From an uncultured Gammaproteobacteria bacterium (lineage in GTDB: Bacteria; Pseudomonadota; Gammaproteobacteria; JACCXJ01): 64,000 bases of DNA. The position numbers and the translations under genes were made by a program. Location of the stretch: contig CAVXTM010000018.1 of the NCBI GenBank assembly GCA_963764725.1, forward strand, positions 448,001-512,000. Direction: 5' to 3'. The notes under the pieces are model-generated. The model was not told the origin of the DNA, did not search any database, and worked only from the letters and a program-made list of their open reading frames with translations. Of this stretch, positions 1 through 9,988 are shown piece by piece; the stretch's first letter is position 1; every line of letters starts with the position of its first letter.

Positions 1-11
1 GGCGGTTAGTC

Positions 12-494
12 ATGATAGACGCTCACGGTTTTAGGTTAAATGTCGGAATTATTCTAAGCAATCGCGACGCTCAGGTCTTTTGGGCTCGGCGCGTGGGCAT
101 GGACGCCTGGCAGTTTCCCCAAGGTGGCATTAAGCGCCACGAAACCGCCCAGATGGCTATGTTTCGAGAGCTCAAGGAAGAGGTCGGTCTGGAGCCCGAG
201 CACGTGGAGCTCGTCGGATGTACCCGCGCGTGGTTGCGCTACCGGCTCCCTAAACGCTATGTCCGCTACGATAAGCGGCCTGTGTGCATCGGCCAAAAAC
301 AGATCTGGTTCATGTTACGGCTCATCGGCACGGAGACGGACGTGCGCCTGGATGCGGCTCCACGGCCGGAATTCGATCGCTGGCAATGGGTGCATTATTG
401 GCATCCTCTACAAGAGGTCGTATTTTTTAAACGCTCCGTCTACGAAAAAGCATTAACGGAGCTGGCGCCTTTGGTCTTCGACGCTAACGATTAA
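12..494 (+). CDS. rppH: RNA pyrophosphohydrolase RppH (Nudix)
   Basis: [13 protein letters not shown] start, Nudix box [29 protein letters not shown] and VFFKRSVY motifs. Confidence 0.95.
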   Translation: MIDAHGFRLNVGIILSNRDAQVFWARRVGMDAWQFPQGGIKRHETAQMAMFRELKEEVGLEPEHVELVGCTRAWLRYRLPKRYVRYDKRPVCIGQKQIWFMLRLIGTETDVRLDAAPRPEFDRWQWVHYWHPLQEVVFFKRSVYEKALTELAPLVFDAND

Positions 495-662
495 TAAGGT
501 GGCACGCAACCGTCGTGCGCTACCGCGCCGCGGCGCGTGGGCGCAAATCGAGCTATTTAATATTTGTTCTAAAAACATTACACTAACTTTATGCTTATAA
601 AAAAGATTCCCGTTTATTAAACCTGCCAGCGAGAACTCGTAAGCGCGTTCGAGGGGAACATT

Positions 663-2312
663 ATGAGTATTCGGGGAATAGTCGCCCTCACCGGCCTCGC
701 GAGCCTCATGGCTTGCAGCGCCCTCGTCCCGCCGCCTCCGGTCCCGTCGGCCGGGCACCTGCGCCCGGAGAACAACCGCCAAACGCAAGACATACCGCCG
801 GTCGTGGACAAAGTCCCGTTGCTGCCCCGGCCCGAGCCCGCGCCCGATCTCGAGAAATACACGGTCGTCGTGAATGAGGTGCCGGTCAAGGAGTTGCTGT
901 TCGCACTGGCGCGGGACGCGCAAGTGAATGTCGATATCGACCCCGGGATCGAGGGGTTCGTAACCCTGAATGCGATCGACCAGACCTTGCCGCAGATCCT
1001 CGACCGTATCGCCCGCCAGGCCGACGTGCGGTTTGAGATCCAGGGCAAGAACATCATCGTGAGCCCGGATCGGCCTTATATTCGCACCTACCGGGTGGAT
1101 TACGTCAATCTCACCCGCGAAAGCAAGGGCACCATCGACGTCGCTACTCAGATCGAGACCACTGGGATGAGTGACACCGGGGGCGGGGGCGGCGGAGGCA
1201 GTAATAATTCCACGAGCTCGATCACCAATACCGCCAACAACCGGTTTTGGCTGACCCTGACGCGCAATATCCAAGCCCTGGTCGGCGAAACCGCCGCCGG
1301 GAGCAGCGCCGGCCAGGCCGATCTCCCGGTGACCGGAGCGGTCATCCCCAACCCGGAGAGCGGGATCATCAGCGTGCGCGCAACATCGAAGCAGCACACC
1401 GCCGTCCAGTCGTTTCTAGACAAGGTGCTCGCCAATGCCCAGCGCCAAGTCCTTATTGAGGCCACGGTCGTCGAGGTAACATTGAACGATCAGTATCAAC
1501 AAGGGATCGATTGGACGGTATTACAGAGGAACGGCGGCTCCGGTTTTGTGTCCAACCCAAACCTCCAAGCCCTGTCCAGCAATGTTCCACAGGCTGTGGC
1601 AGCCTCGTTGATATTGGGCTATTTGGATCCGGATGCCAGCGGGAAAAACGTCAGTATCGCGGTGCAACTCTTGCGGACCTTCGGCGACATCAAGGTGCTT
1701 TCGAGCCCCAAGATCATGACGCTCAACAACCAGACAGCCGTGCTCAAGGTGGTTCAGAACTTTGTCTATTTCGAGGTGGATGTCGAGCCTCCAGTTGTAT
1801 CCGGATCGGGGGCCGCGACCGCGGCCGCCGTGGAAACCACGGCGAAAACGGTGCCAGTGGGTCTGGTGATGACCGTGACGCCGCAGATCAATGAAAACGA
1901 CGCGGTGACACTCAATGTGCGGCCGACCATTTCCAGCGTGATCGACACGGTACAAGATCCCAATCCCGAGCTGTTCACCGGCGGTTTATTAAATCGGCAA
2001 TTGCAGAACTTGGTTCCTGTGATCCAAGTGCGTGAGATGGAATCGGTGCTGCAGATCAACAACGGCCAGATCGGCGTGCTCGGGGGTTTGATGCAGGACG
2101 CGGTGGAGCAGGTTACCAACAGCATCCCGCTGCTTTCGGACATCCCGCTGCTCGGAGATAGCTTGTTCAGAAGCCACAGCAACCAGTACGATAAGTCCGA
2201 ACTGGTGATCTTCCTGCGGCCGTTGGTGATTCGGAATCCGAGCCTGGAGGGGGATCTCGCGGGGTATCGACCGTACCTCGAGGAACGTGTCGAATCGAAT
2301 ATCATTTATTAA
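663..2312 (+). CDS. mshL: Lipoprotein secretin, MshL-like (type IV pilus/T2SS outer-membrane channel)
   Basis: Lipobox LMAC, STN-like domain, Ser/Gly-rich linker, secretin core (QVLIEATVVEV, VLSSPKIMTLNNQTA, IPLLSDIPLLG, KSELVIFLRP). Confidence 0.8.
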   Translation: MSIRGIVALTGLASLMACSALVPPPPVPSAGHLRPENNRQTQDIPPVVDKVPLLPRPEPAPDLEKYTVVVNEVPVKELLFALARDAQVNVDIDPGIEGFVTLNAIDQTLPQILDRIARQADVRFEIQGKNIIVSPDRPYIRTYRVDYVNLTRESKGTIDVATQIETTGMSDTGGGGGGGSNNSTSSITNTANNRFWLTLTRNIQALVGETAAGSSAGQADLPVTGAVIPNPESGIISVRATSKQHTAVQSFLDKVLANAQRQVLIEATVVEVTLNDQYQQGIDWTVLQRNGGSGFVSNPNLQALSSNVPQAVAASLILGYLDPDASGKNVSIAVQLLRTFGDIKVLSSPKIMTLNNQTAVLKVVQNFVYFEVDVEPPVVSGSGAATAAAVETTAKTVPVGLVMTVTPQINENDAVTLNVRPTISSVIDTVQDPNPELFTGGLLNRQLQNLVPVIQVREMESVLQINNGQIGVLGGLMQDAVEQVTNSIPLLSDIPLLGDSLFRSHSNQYDKSELVIFLRPLVIRNPSLEGDLAGYRPYLEERVESNIIY

Positions 2313-2400
2313 GCCGTTTAACCTGACGCGAAATGGTCTTAATATTGCGGTCGTTCATAGGATTGTTACCGTGGGCCGGTATGAAGCAAGGGGCTAGCCT

Positions 2401-3990
2401 ATGAGCCTATTGATGGATGCCTTGAAAAAGGCCGAACAAGACAAGAAGAAAGCGGCGGAGGATCTACAAGCGAACCGGGCTGCAGGGGGGGAAGCCGAGC
2501 CGACCGCGGAACAGCACCCCTCGGAGGCCGCGGGCGCCGATAGGGTAACAGCGGCCGGAGCCGGCACGCACGATGAGCCAAGCCTCGACCCCGTTGCCGG
2601 AGCGGGTGCCGAGCCGGCCGGCGACACGAGTCAGGGTGAGCGGATACCGGCAGGCGAGGCCTCCGATTTAACGCTAGCGGGCGACCTGATAGACCTTTCG
2701 CTAGATGGTAGCTTGCCTCTTTCGGGATCATCGCCAAGCATCTCCGGGAGCGTCCCCCCGCCCGATAAAGAAACCACCCTGCCGTCGAAACGGGCTATCA
2801 ATGCATCGCTCAAGGATTATTTTGACTCCTCGCAGAGTCTCGACCGTTCGCGTTCGGAGCCGGGCTTATCCACGAGCGGCTCGTTCGGTACGGGTGACAC
2901 GATTGCCCGGGTTTCCGCGGATACCGTATTCACAGCGACCCAGCGTACGCGGATCACGAGCAGGGTCGGGCTAGGCCTTGTGGTGATTTTAGTGCTGAGC
3001 GCGTCATTAGGCGCGCTGTGGTTCTGGGGTCAGATCGAGCAAGGCAGCGCGGGTACTGACGACAACACGTTTAACCCGTCCCAAACCGCAATGAGCGCGT
3101 CTGGACCCGAGCGGCAGGCTCCCCCCGCAGCGGTGGTGTCTACCCCAACCGGCGTGAGCGACAGTTCCACTCCCCCGATCTCAGCTACTCCGACTGCGGA
3201 GGCCAGCAGCGGGTTAGCCGAGCCGGGGCAAGAACGAGACCTGCGGCCGGAAGCAACCCCGGCAGGCTCAAAGGCACCACTGGCTCCTTCCCCAACGGCG
3301 CTGCAGCAGCCTGCGCCGCCACCAATACGAGCAGGCTTACCGGCCAGTGTGGTGGGAATGGTTGCCGAACCGAGTGCGATCAAGATCACCAAGAGCCGCC
3401 GCGGTGATCTGGTCGATCCCGATATAACCGATGCCTATCGGGCTTACCAGCGCGGAGACTACCGCCGCGCCGAACACATCTATCGGACCGTCCTGAGCCG
3501 CCACCCGGAACAACGCGATGCGTTGTTGGGAATGGCCGCAGTCGCCGCGCGCCATGGCCAAACCGAGCGAGCCCAGCGCTATTACGGACGGCTACTTCAG
3601 ATCAACCCGCGCGATAGCGTGGCGCATGCCGCGCTTTCCGGCCTGCAAGGCGCGGCCGCCAACGAGCTTAGCGAGTCAAAGCTCAAACTCTTGCTCGACG
3701 AGACCCCCCAGGCGGGACAAATCCATTTCAGCCTCGGCAATCTGTATGCGCGGCAGGGACGCTGGGCCGAAGCCCAGGAAGCCTACTTCAAGGCCTTTGG
3801 CACCGAATCCCGGAATCCCGATTACGTATTCAATCTCGCGGTCAGCCTGGACCGGATGGGTCAGGCCAAGACGGCCGTGGGTTATTACCGCCAGGCGCTG
3901 GTTCTGGCCGACAGACGATCGGTTAACTTCAATACTTCCCAACTCCTCTCTAGAATACGAACTCTGTCTCATTCGCCAAGCAGTGAGTGA
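2401..3990 (+). CDS. Membrane-anchored TPR protein, MshN-like
   Basis: MSLLMDALKKAE start, single TM segment, Pro/Ser-rich linker, C-terminal TPR repeats; lies between secretin and ATPase. Confidence 0.7.
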   Translation: MSLLMDALKKAEQDKKKAAEDLQANRAAGGEAEPTAEQHPSEAAGADRVTAAGAGTHDEPSLDPVAGAGAEPAGDTSQGERIPAGEASDLTLAGDLIDLSLDGSLPLSGSSPSISGSVPPPDKETTLPSKRAINASLKDYFDSSQSLDRSRSEPGLSTSGSFGTGDTIARVSADTVFTATQRTRITSRVGLGLVVILVLSASLGALWFWGQIEQGSAGTDDNTFNPSQTAMSASGPERQAPPAAVVSTPTGVSDSSTPPISATPTAEASSGLAEPGQERDLRPEATPAGSKAPLAPSPTALQQPAPPPIRAGLPASVVGMVAEPSAIKITKSRRGDLVDPDITDAYRAYQRGDYRRAEHIYRTVLSRHPEQRDALLGMAAVAARHGQTERAQRYYGRLLQINPRDSVAHAALSGLQGAAANELSESKLKLLLDETPQAGQIHFSLGNLYARQGRWAEAQEAYFKAFGTESRNPDYVFNLAVSLDRMGQAKTAVGYYRQALVLADRRSVNFNTSQLLSRIRTLSHSPSSE

Positions 3991-5694
3991 ATGTGAATCT
4001 CATCAAGGAGCCGCCACGCCGCATCGGGGAACTGCTGGTACTTAAGGGAGTTGTCAGCGCGGATCAAGTACGGATTGCGTTAACGGAGCAGAAAAAGCGC
4101 AAGGAGCACCTCGGCAAAATTCTAGTCCGCCTCGGTTTTGCCACCGAGGCCGTCATTCGCGATGTCGTAGGCGGCGCGCTCGGTCAGCAGAGCGCGGATC
4201 TCTCCAATGTCGTCGTGGACGGTGAAGCCATCAAGCTCCTTCCCAAGGAAATGGCGAGGCGTTACCGCGTCCTTCCCCTCACCTACGATATACCCCGGAA
4301 CCGTTTGACGGTGGCGATGGCCGATACCTTTAACGTCGTCGCCCTGGACCAATTGAACGCACTGCTCGGCGGGGACGTCGAGATCGTCCCGCTATTGGCG
4401 GGCGAAAACGAAGTCGAGAAGGCCATCGATCAGTTCTATGGTTTCGAGCTATCCGTTCGACGGCATCTTGCAGGAGATCGAAACCGGGGAAATCGACTAC
4501 GATAGCCTCGACCCGGAAAGCGAGGCTTACAGTCAACCCATCGTGCGCTTGGTCAACGCGCTGCTTTCGGATGCGGTCAAGCGGGGCGCTTCCGACATCC
4601 ACTTCGAGCCCGAGCAGGGGTTTCTACGCTTTCGTTACCGTATCGACGGGGTATTACGCCAGGTGAGGAGTCTGCATAAAAACTATTGGTCCGCCATCGC
4701 GGTGCGCCTCAAGGTGATGGCGGACCTCGATATCGCGGAAACGCGCGCCCCCCAAGACGGCCGCATCTCCTTGACCTTATCCGGCCGGCCCATCGACTTT
4801 CGGGTCTCCTCGATGCCCACGGTTCACGGCGAGAACATCGTGTTGCGAGTCCTCGACCGTCAGAAGGGCCTCGTTCCCTTGGAGGAGCTCGGATTGGAGC
4901 CCGGCTTGTTGAACGTCCTGCGTATGATGGTGGCGCGACCTGAAGGAATTATACTCATCACGGGACCGACCGGGAGCGGGAAAACCACCACGCTGTATTC
5001 CTTGTTGAATCACCTCAATACCGAATCCTCCAATATCATGACCTTGGAGGACCCGGTGGAATACCCCATGGTTTTGATTCGCCAAACCTCGGTGAATGAA
5101 TCGGTGCGGCTCGATTTTGCGACCGGGGTACGGTCGATGCTGCGGCAAGACCCGGACATTATTCTGGTCGGCGAGATCCGCGACGAGGATACGGCCTCCA
5201 TGACCTTTCGCGCGGCAATGACCGGCCACCAAGTGTATTCGACCTTGCACACAAACTCATCAATCGGGGCCGTACCGAGGCTCCTCGACCTTGGGATCCG
5301 GCCCGATATCATGGCCGGTAATATCATCGGTATCATAGCGCAGCGCCTGGTGCGCAAACTTTGCGCCAAATGTAAGCAGCCCTACGCCCCCACCGATGTC
5401 GAGCGCCGCTTGCTCGGATTGCAAGCCGCGGGGCCTTTACTCTACCGCGCGAGTGGTTGCGGCTACTGCGAGCAGCAGGGGTATAAAGGCAGAACAGCCA
5501 TCATGGAGATCCTGAAATTCGATTCGGACCTGGACGAGCTGGTGGCCCGGGGAGCGACCATGCGCGACATCGCCCGGTGCGCATTGGACCGCGGCTTCAA
5601 GCCGCTGGCCGAGGCGGGGATCGCCCGCATCGTCGATGGTACGACGAGCCTGGACGAGGTGTCGCGCGTGGTTGACCTGACCGAACGCGTTTAA
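3987..5694 (+). pseudogene. GspE/PilB/MshE-family assembly ATPase with N-terminal MshEN domain, split by a +1 frameshift (may be a sequencing error)
   Basis: ORF 3987-4505 carries RIGELLVLKGVVS..Q / HLGKILVRLG motifs; ORF 4438-5694 carries Walker A GPTGSGKT and LRQDPDIILVGEIRD; removing one T at 4456-4457 gives continuous FELSVDGILQE. Confidence 0.85.
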
Positions 5695-5696
5695 TC

Positions 5697-6899
5697 ATGG
5701 ATCTGTTCCACTATAAAGCCATCGACACCGGCGGCCGCATCATCAAGGGGCAGCTCGATGCGCTCAACCCGGTCGACCTGGAAGTGCGCCTTGGCCGCCT
5801 CGGATTGGAGCTGGTTAATTGCAAGGAAGTTCAAGCAACTCGTTTGTCGGCGGGCGCGGGTATCAAGCGCAAAGACTTGATTACGTTTTGCCTCCACCTC
5901 GAACAGCTCCTGGAGGCGGGGGTGCCGATGCTCGATGCATTGACGGATTTGCGCGATACGCTCGATCACCGCCGGTTTCAGGAAATAATCTCGGCCATGA
6001 TCGAGTCCATACAGGGAGGCAAGACTCTCTCGGAAGCCATGCGGGATTTTCCTTATGTGTTTAGCGCGGTGTTCGTCAATCTCATCAAGGCCGGCGAGAC
6101 CACGGGCCAGATCACCCGGGTGCTAAGAAACGTCATCGAAAACCTGAAGTGGCAGGACGAACAAGCGGCCTATACCAAGCGCCTTTTCATGTACCCGGCG
6201 TTTGTCGCCGTGGTCACGCTGGCGGCTTTGGTATTCTTGATGATTATGGTCGTCCCCGAGCTGCTAAAATTCGTTCAGACAATGGGACAGGAGCTACCGC
6301 TGCACACGCGGGTGCTGATCTTTACCTCCAATGCCGTAGTCGAGTTTTGGTATTTATTCGTCTCAGTACCTGTACTTATCATCAGCTTTATCCTGATCGC
6401 CATTAAGCGTAGCCCGAAGTTTCATGTCGCCTTCGATGCCGCCGTGCTGCGCATCCCGTTATTCGGGCAGATCATCAAGAAACTTATACTGACGCGTATA
6501 GCCAGCTACTTTGCCCTCATGTATGCTGCTGGGATCACGGTGTTGGAGTGTTTGAAAGTGGCCGAAGAGATCGCCGGCAACAAAGCTATCGAAGAGGCGC
6601 TTCGGAGCGCCGCCCGTCACATCAGCGACGGCGCCGGCCTAAGCAACAGTTTTGCGGCCACCGGCTTGTTTCCGGCCCTGGTATTGCGGATGCTCCGTGT
6701 GGGCGAGAGCACCGGGGGACTCGAGACTGCGTTGCAAAACGTAAGCTATTTTTATACCCGCGACGCACGGGAGTCGATCGAACGCTTGCAGACCATCATA
6801 CAACCGGCGATGACCCTGGTGCTCGGAGTGCTTCTAGGCTGGGTAGCCTTATCGGTGCTGGGCCCGATCTATGATCTCATCACTAAGATCAAGTTTTAG
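5697..6899 (+). CDS. GspF/PilC/MshG-family platform protein
   Basis: FHYKAID..G start, AGVPMLDAL, GGKTLSEAM, AGETTG, GESTGGL, three TM segments. Confidence 0.92.
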   Translation: MDLFHYKAIDTGGRIIKGQLDALNPVDLEVRLGRLGLELVNCKEVQATRLSAGAGIKRKDLITFCLHLEQLLEAGVPMLDALTDLRDTLDHRRFQEIISAMIESIQGGKTLSEAMRDFPYVFSAVFVNLIKAGETTGQITRVLRNVIENLKWQDEQAAYTKRLFMYPAFVAVVTLAALVFLMIMVVPELLKFVQTMGQELPLHTRVLIFTSNAVVEFWYLFVSVPVLIISFILIAIKRSPKFHVAFDAAVLRIPLFGQIIKKLILTRIASYFALMYAAGITVLECLKVAEEIAGNKAIEEALRSAARHISDGAGLSNSFAATGLFPALVLRMLRVGESTGGLETALQNVSYFYTRDARESIERLQTIIQPAMTLVLGVLLGWVALSVLGPIYDLITKIKF

Positions 6900-8463
6900 C
6901 TCCGCGCGGCGGCGCGCCCTCTGCATCGCCTCCGATGGCGTGTCGGTGTTTCAGTGGAAAAAGGGCGGTATCAGCGACCCCTTGGTGTTCGACGTCGATG
7001 ATGTCGGCCTAGCTAATTTTGAACGGTATCTGAGGGAAACGCCGAAGGTTCCCATCTATCTGATGGTCGACGTTGTCGAAGAAGAATACCGTCACGAAAG
7101 CATACCTCATCTCTACGGCTCCGACCGACAAGCGGTCATCGAGCGCAAGCAGGCCTGGTTCTTCCGCGGCACCCCTTATTGCCACGTCATGATGCAAGGG
7201 CGCGAAGCGGAGGGCCGCCGCGACGACCAGCTGATGTTCACCGCCATAATCAATCCGGACACCGTGACCCCCTGGGTCCGGCTTTGCACCCAAAACAAGG
7301 TTGCGTTGGCGGGCATCTACTCCTTGCCCATTCTAAGCGCTTCCCTTCTCGCCAAGATGAAGGTCCCTTCCCGCGATGTGCTGCTCGTAACCATGCAGGG
7401 ATCGAGCGGGCTGCGGCAGTCCTTTTTCAACGATCGGATACTCAAGATGAGCCGACTCGCCAAGCTGCCCAGGCTCGGCACGGTGCCCTTCGCCCAGTAT
7501 ATCCTCGGGGAGCTGGGGAAGTTCGAGCGCTACCTCACCAGCGTGCAACTCCTAAAAGCCGAGCTGCTCGATATCTATATTCTCGCCCATGGCGAATCAT
7601 TGGACCAGTTGGAGCAAGCGTGCCGCAACACGGAATCGGTACGTTATCACTTGCTGGACGTCGGCGATGTCGCAAGGCGTCTGGGGATCCGCGGAGTGCT
7701 CGCCACTCCGTTTAGCGATCATATCTTCGCGCACCTCTTGCTGCGCACCCAACCGAAGAACCATTTCGCCTCGAATGAAGAACGCCGTTACCATACGCTC
7801 TACCAAACCCGCGCTGGTCTGTATGCGGCGAGCGTTATCGCCTTGCTCGGCAGCGCTCTGTGGAGCTGGTTCAACCTGATAGATGGCGTGTCGGACAGGC
7901 AACTAGCTCGGGATAAGGCACACCAAGCCATGTACTTCCAAGCCCGCTACGATAGGGAAAAGGGACGGCTGCCCCCCACCGCGGTGAGCCCCGCCGATAT
8001 CAAGACCGCCGTGGACATCGTCGATACGCTGACTCAGCACAAAGCGGCGCCGCTCAGCCGGATGGGGGTCCTCGGACAGGCGCTCGCTGGTTTCCCCACC
8101 CTGCGACTGGAAGAAATCCAGTGGACCGTGAGCACCGATCCGCAAGCGGGTGCGGGCGCCGCCGCTCCGCAGGCGCCACCCGTTCCAGACACGGGTCAAG
8201 CGTCCAGTTACTATGAAATCGCGGAGATCACCGCCAGTGTCTATCCCTTCGACGGGAATTACCGGGCCGCTTTAGATCAGATCACTCGCTTCGGCGAGGT
8301 GTTGCGAGCGAAGTACCACGCCCATTCGGTCACGGCTGTGAACCTCCCGCTCGATACCCGCTCCAGCGCCCAAATTCGCGGTGATACGAAGGACGTGAAT
8401 ATACCCGAGAAAGCGGTATTCTCGTTGCGGGTCGTTTTCGGAGCGGAAGATGCGAACGCTTGA
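6871..8463 (+). CDS. Putative PilM/PilN-like alignment-complex fusion protein
   Basis: Cytoplasmic N-domain, one TM near aa 315-335, periplasmic C-domain; operon position after pilC. Confidence 0.55.
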   Translation: MISSLRSSFSSARRRALCIASDGVSVFQWKKGGISDPLVFDVDDVGLANFERYLRETPKVPIYLMVDVVEEEYRHESIPHLYGSDRQAVIERKQAWFFRGTPYCHVMMQGREAEGRRDDQLMFTAIINPDTVTPWVRLCTQNKVALAGIYSLPILSASLLAKMKVPSRDVLLVTMQGSSGLRQSFFNDRILKMSRLAKLPRLGTVPFAQYILGELGKFERYLTSVQLLKAELLDIYILAHGESLDQLEQACRNTESVRYHLLDVGDVARRLGIRGVLATPFSDHIFAHLLLRTQPKNHFASNEERRYHTLYQTRAGLYAASVIALLGSALWSWFNLIDGVSDRQLARDKAHQAMYFQARYDREKGRLPPTAVSPADIKTAVDIVDTLTQHKAAPLSRMGVLGQALAGFPTLRLEEIQWTVSTDPQAGAGAAAPQAPPVPDTGQASSYYEIAEITASVYPFDGNYRAALDQITRFGEVLRAKYHAHSVTAVNLPLDTRSSAQIRGDTKDVNIPEKAVFSLRVVFGAEDANA

Positions 8464-9070
8464 CATCGAATGGCCGCTGTTGAGCGCGCCGCTCGCGGCG
8501 CTGGTGGTAGCGTTCATCATCAGCGCCTTGCTTATCATTGCCAGCGGTTATTTTCGCGACCGGATGGCGGAGGATTATCGGCTCAACAACCAGAAGTTTC
8601 TGGAGGTAAGCCGCAAGTACCTATCCGTGGATCAGGACGAGCTTATCATCACAGAGTTGTATCCACGGTTCGTCAATCTTTACCGGCGCGGAATCGTCGG
8701 AGAAGAAAAGCGCTTGGATTGGGTGGAGATCCTAAAAAACGCAGTGGCGACACTTAAACTTCCCGGCCTGCGTTATGAGATCACCTCGCGCGAAGCTTAC
8801 ATCCCCGCATTCCCGCTCGTCCCCGGGCCTTATCAAATCAATACCAGCACAATGAAGCTGGAGCTCGGGTTGTTACACGAGAACGATCTCGCATCCTTGC
8901 TACAAGATCTCGACGAGAAGGCCCCGGGGATTTACACCGTCAAGAAATGTACGCTCAAGCGGGCACAAAATGTAGTCGCCGACAACCCCGATGCGGAAAA
9001 CGTCAAGGCGGAATGTGACTTGCTTTGGTTTACCTTGAGCCTCGCAAGCGGCGAGAAGATAAGTCTCTAG
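8450..9070 (+). CDS. Putative PilO-like protein
   Basis: N-terminal TM and coiled coil, M.LELGLLHE.DL motif, terminal Cys pair; coupled to upstream gene. Confidence 0.5.
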   Translation: MRTLDIEWPLLSAPLAALVVAFIISALLIIASGYFRDRMAEDYRLNNQKFLEVSRKYLSVDQDELIITELYPRFVNLYRRGIVGEEKRLDWVEILKNAVATLKLPGLRYEITSREAYIPAFPLVPGPYQINTSTMKLELGLLHENDLASLLQDLDEKAPGIYTVKKCTLKRAQNVVADNPDAENVKAECDLLWFTLSLASGEKISL

Positions 9071-9079
9071 GGTCATCGC

Positions 9080-9703
9080 GTGAACCGATTAATCATATTA
9101 CCAACCTGGCAACAAAATAGTCCCCTCTCCCGTCGGGACAGGGTTGGGGTGAGGGGAATAAAATCGTGGGCGTACCCCCTCACCCCCGCCCTCTCCTTTA
9201 AAGGAGCGAGGGGGTTTTTAATCGCCGGATTAATTGTCGGACTCGGGCTCCTGAGCGTCGGCAGTTGCGCGGATGATCTCGGCCGGTTGTTCACGACACC
9301 GGAAGAGCGGGAGATGCTCGAAGCCTTGCGGAATCAGCCCCGGCGCGCCGAGGCGCCACCCGAGCCGCTGGAGCCTAAAGCCCTGGCACCTGAGCCGCCT
9401 CCGGTTCAAAGTGTCAGAGTAGACGGCTTCGTGTCCCGGTCGCGCGGGAACAATACCGTTTGGATCAACGGCACCAATTCGCTAACGGGCGACCTTCGAT
9501 CGCACCAGGTCGGTGTTAATGTCCGAGGTATCCGCGGCCAAACCGTGCCGGTTCGCGTCCAGAACTCGCCCGTGGGAGTTGGTTTGAAACCCGGCCAATC
9601 GTACGACCCGTCGGCTTCGCGCGTGGTTGATTTGTATCAAGAGGCAAACGATGCCGAGATGGCATCGGATAATGCATCGCCGCCATCGCGGTCGCCCCGG
9701 TAG
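9080..9703 (+). CDS. Exported pilus-cluster protein (PilP/MshK-like) with an in-frame repeat insertion in its signal peptide
   Basis: DDLGRLFTTPEER motif, Pro-rich linker, V.G.V.RS.G..TVWING and LKPGQ motifs. Confidence 0.55.
   Translation: MNRLIILPTWQQNSPLSRRDRVGVRGIKSWAYPLTPALSFKGARGFLIAGLIVGLGLLSVGSCADDLGRLFTTPEEREMLEALRNQPRRAEAPPEPLEPKALAPEPPPVQSVRVDGFVSRSRGNNTVWINGTNSLTGDLRSHQVGVNVRGIRGQTVPVRVQNSPVGVGLKPGQSYDPSASRVVDLYQEANDAEMASDNASPPSRSPR
9089..9223. repeat. Palindromic REP-like element (CCCCTCACCCC..CCCTCTCC family) flanked by TTAATC direct repeats
   Basis: Inverted pair TCCCCTCTCCCGTCGGGACAGGGTTGGGGTGAGGGG and CCCCTCACCCCCGCCCTCTCCTTTAAAGGAGCGAGGGGG; TTAATC at 9089-9094 and 9218-9223. 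Confidence 0.8.
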
Positions 9704-9858
9704 GTAGAGCAGGCTTTCCGCGGGCCACCGCCGGCCTACCATAAACCGGTGGGCTTCCAAGACGTTAGCGAGATCGGTTAACGCGCGCGTCTGGTCTTGT
9801 GATAACCGGTGCCCGGTTTCCATTGAATGATGATGTTGAAGCTCGGCTATCGCTATTT

Positions 9859-9976
9859 GTCATTCCAGCGCGAAAGCTGGAATCCTAGGGGTTCTTGATT
9901 ACGACTGGATGCCAGCTTTCCATCCTCGGGGCGCCAAGCAGGGCCGGTCCCTGGCCCTGGCTTTCGCTGGCATGAC
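9859..9976. repeat. GTCATTCC..GGAATCC-type palindromic intergenic repeat carrying a nested insertion
   Basis: GTCATTCCAGCGCGAAAGCTGGAATCC ... GGATGCCAGCTTTC[insert]GCTGGCATGAC inverted arms. Confidence 0.75.
9915..9965. mobile_element. 39-bp hairpin mini-element between GCTTTC direct repeats (copy 1)
   Basis: GCTTTC at 9915-9920 and 9960-9965 flank CATCCTCGGGGCGCCAAGCAGGGCCGGTCCCTGGCCCTG; related copy at 38131-38174. Confidence 0.7.
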
Positions 9977-9988
9977 GGGACCGGTTTT

